Shown here: in pieces, positions 61,118 to 64,000 of the stretch
How the letters are laid out: each line of letters starts with the position of its first letter
How positions within the stretch are numbered: the first letter of the stretch is position 1
Assembly: GCA_951406725.2 (NCBI GenBank)
Contig: OX597824.1
Coordinates: forward strand, 40,114,001-40,178,000
DNA length: 64,000 bases
Direction of reading: 5' to 3'
Source: Octopus vulgaris
Lineage: Eukaryota
Translations under genes and position numbers: made by a program
Notes under the pieces: generated by a model
The model's database searches: none
The model's input: only the letters and a program-made list of their open reading frames with translations
What the model was told of the DNA's origin: nothing

Positions 61118-62458
61118 GCATACATACATACATATGTGGGTATGTGTATGTGTGTGTGCACGTGTGTGCATGTGTTTATGTGAACATGAGAGAAGGAATG
61201 GAAATACAGAAAGGCAGAGTGGGTGGATAGACGACCAGACAATCAATCAGTAACACGTCTGGTTGCATCCTTTGGTCGGTACTCTGAACTTTATGGGTAA
61301 GACACTTAATTTCACTTAATTGTAAATAAGTACAAGTGGGTAGGAACAAGCTTAGTTGGACAACTTGTAAGGTTAAATCCAACTCATATAATGAACGCAA
61401 CGAAAAGATATTTTACCTGACTGGTCTTATTTAGAAGTCAACAGAACCAGGTAAATCTTTGATTGATATAACTGCCTCTGAAAATCCAAGCACTTTACAA
61501 GATCGTCTTTTTCTTTTTTTTTACCACCTTTTAGTCAAGAGGGAAATCAGTGCGCATGATACTTTAAAGGATCTTCTACATTACTGTAAGAAAGTACGGG
61601 AGTTATACTCAAACCGGAAAGCCTAATTCCAATGCAAGCAGCAGAGTTTGTAGCACCTAAAATGTCAGGTGGTAGCGTTAAACCTTGTTAAAGGTTGTCT
61701 GCTCCCCAAGGATTATATATACAGAGGTAGGTCGGCCGGAAATGACAATAATATCGGCAACTGCCTGCAGTATCGCCCCTCCAACTTTGCCAATCAACGA
61801 AGATCATTCTGTCTATAAGGTATCAATGCTTTTCCTCTCCCTCCTCCATTCACCCACCATACCAAACCGGATACAGTTCTAATCATGTCAGCAATGCATC
61901 AAATATTTTATTTTATTTATGATGGTCTTTCACTAACATAGCTCTGCTATATTTATGATGGAACAGTTCCTGCTTGCCGCTCCGTTTCTTGAATCACATC
62001 TCTGCAGTCTTTCTCAAGTTCAGTGGCAGCCAGACAGGACATACTGAACCCAGCTACAAATCTTCAGCATTCCACTCATACTTCAACTATCATACATGGC
62101 AACCTCGTGCTTCACATGATTCTCTGGTACCTTTACATTTTAAGCCTTTACCTTGCTGTGTTCTCTCCGAATTACTTACCCGAGGCACCGTCAATTCAAC
62201 AATCAGAATCTTTTTAACAAATCAAACCATGCTCTAAAGTCAAGGTGCTGCCTTGACTTTATCGCAATATAGCTTGGAAATATGAATAGTACCTTAAAAT
62301 CCTTGCAGCACCGTTCAAAAGTTTGTTTCCGCTTTCCCATTTTGTATTTTTACGCTTCTGTGTTGTTATTATTTCTCATTATCCATGACGGAAAAAAGAT
62401 GTAATGTTGTGCAGACTTCCACTGTCATTTCATTGACGCTACCGCATCGTTATTTTTG

Positions 62459-62712
62459 TATTGGGTTGTCCGGAAAGTTCGTGCCGATTTTTAAAGGAAA
62501 GAAAAAGGTCAATAAATACTACAATCAACCAAATATGAACCAATTTGTTGCACAATGCGTCTCCATCTTTCCTTTAACTTGAAAATACCCTCTTCCCAGA
62601 ATTGAGGTGGTTTCTTGGCAAAGAATTCATCAAGGTATCTTTTTATGTCATCCAAGGGATTGAAATTTTTACCATTAAGATTATTCTGCAGAGACCTGAA
62701 TAAGTGGAAATA
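62459..62712 (-). pseudogene. Mariner transposase C-terminus with terminal inverted repeat
   Basis: YFHLFRSLQNNLNGKNFNPLDDIKRYLDEFFAKKPPQFWEEGIFKLKERWRRIVQQ. TIR-like TATTGGGTTGTCCGGAAAGTTC. Cut off by a SINE A copy (62712-62842). Confidence 0.9.
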
Positions 62713-62899
62713 TTCTTTTCTACTCTAGGCACAAGGCCCGAAATTTTGGGGGAGGGTCCAGTCGATTGGATCGACCTCAGTACGCAACTGGTACTTGATT
62801 TATCGTCCCGGAAAGGATAAAAGGCAAAGTTGACCTCGGCGGCTCATCATCAAATATTGACCGAGGACGGAACTACATCGCTCTCAGGAGGAATTAACT

Positions 62900-63400
62900 G
62901 GGTAGGCTCCATTTTTCAGCAACATAATCCGCGGTAGTTTTCTTTGCTCAGCTATCTCCCATGTTGCGAATATGCACCAACTTTCTAACCTGTATCTTAC
63001 AATAACACGATTCTCCTCATCTACATTATCAACTTATTTTCTCTCAATATATCGCTTTTGTTATTCTGGTAAGATATCCACTTTGTTCAATATTCTCACT
63101 CCAATCCGTGTATTCTACAGCAAAAAAACTCTTTCGTTTCCCAGATTGGCTTCTACCGCCACCACAACAGTTTTCCACATGTTCTCGTCAATATGAGACC
63201 CAAAAAATATGAAATCCACCAAGTCCCACTGCTCTTTCGGCAATAAGCTTTTACTACTTTAATTTCGTCCACCGGAAACATTAGACAGTTGCACTTTTGC
63301 AGTAGCACTATAATAGTTAAATTCCTGTAAAGCATTGCGAGGAATCGAATCCTATTCATATGAACTTACTAACACAATTGCCCATACTTTCCACTCTTGT
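62900..63400 (-). pseudogene. Possible highly degraded RTE-like LINE fragment
   Basis: Only a decayed VDFIFLGS-like motif near 63190-63230 is visible. Confidence 0.25.
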
Positions 63401-64000
63401 TAATTTCAAGCATTTGATGTAACCACAAGAACCTTGACAAACGGCCATGTTTATTAACACTATTTTAAACGTTCCGGCCAAATCGAAATTGGAATTGGCA
63501 GTTAATTAATCTTTGCTGTAACTTGACCTCAATGCTGATACCCATCTTTACATTATTTTAAGGGTACTGTGTAGATACGACCAAATCTCTAGGCCACCTA
63601 CTCCTTGGTCATTAGATTCAGTTCCTTTTCAGTCTCAAAATGAAATAATTATTTAAATTAAATCACATCGTGGATTGGTGGCTACTTGGTGGTTGATACG
63701 TAGGTTACATTGTTGGAATTACTAAATCAATCGCAATATGAGAGGTTTGTTTTTTTCACTATTGTCACAATGGTTGTAATGTCGTCCATAAAAACTAGCT
63801 CCGGTAACAGTTCTAAGAGTTTTCCGATCTTCATTTCCTCCGAGTAGCGTCTTTCCCCACTCAATGCCAACCCTATAAGCATCATGAAGAGAAGTAGAGG
63901 AATGGTAACCCCATCACGATGGCTATCGCTAGTATCTGTCAGTTAGCCGAGAACTGTTTTATGGTAGGCTTCAAAACTATTGATCCAAAGTACCACAGCA

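Overview
This is AT-rich, microsatellite-saturated animal genomic DNA. The SINE families and the density of (TA)n, (CA)n, (TACA)n, (GATA)n and (TAA)n tracts point to an octopus (coleoid cephalopod); that assignment is an inference from recall, not a search. Nearly all ORFs in the supplied track are microsatellite artefacts. Recognisable content: relics of R4/Dong-type, Jockey/CR1-like and possibly RTE LINEs; three mariner fragments; two small hAT-type MITEs with 8-bp target duplications; dozens of copies of four tRNA-derived SINE families; a few candidate host exons; and a TATA promoter with a probable first exon near 55.2-55.6 kb. The most notable signal is a set of small non-coding elements inserted in (TA)n or (TAA)n tracts. 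About nine carry minimal type-I hammerhead-ribozyme motifs of the Penelope/retrozyme kind, and several have fold-back ends. One of them (26.7-27.4 kb) joins a tRNA-like Pol III head to a hammerhead-bearing tail. A second signal is apparent site-specific nesting of one SINE family into its own head region. All coordinates and base pairings were read by eye.
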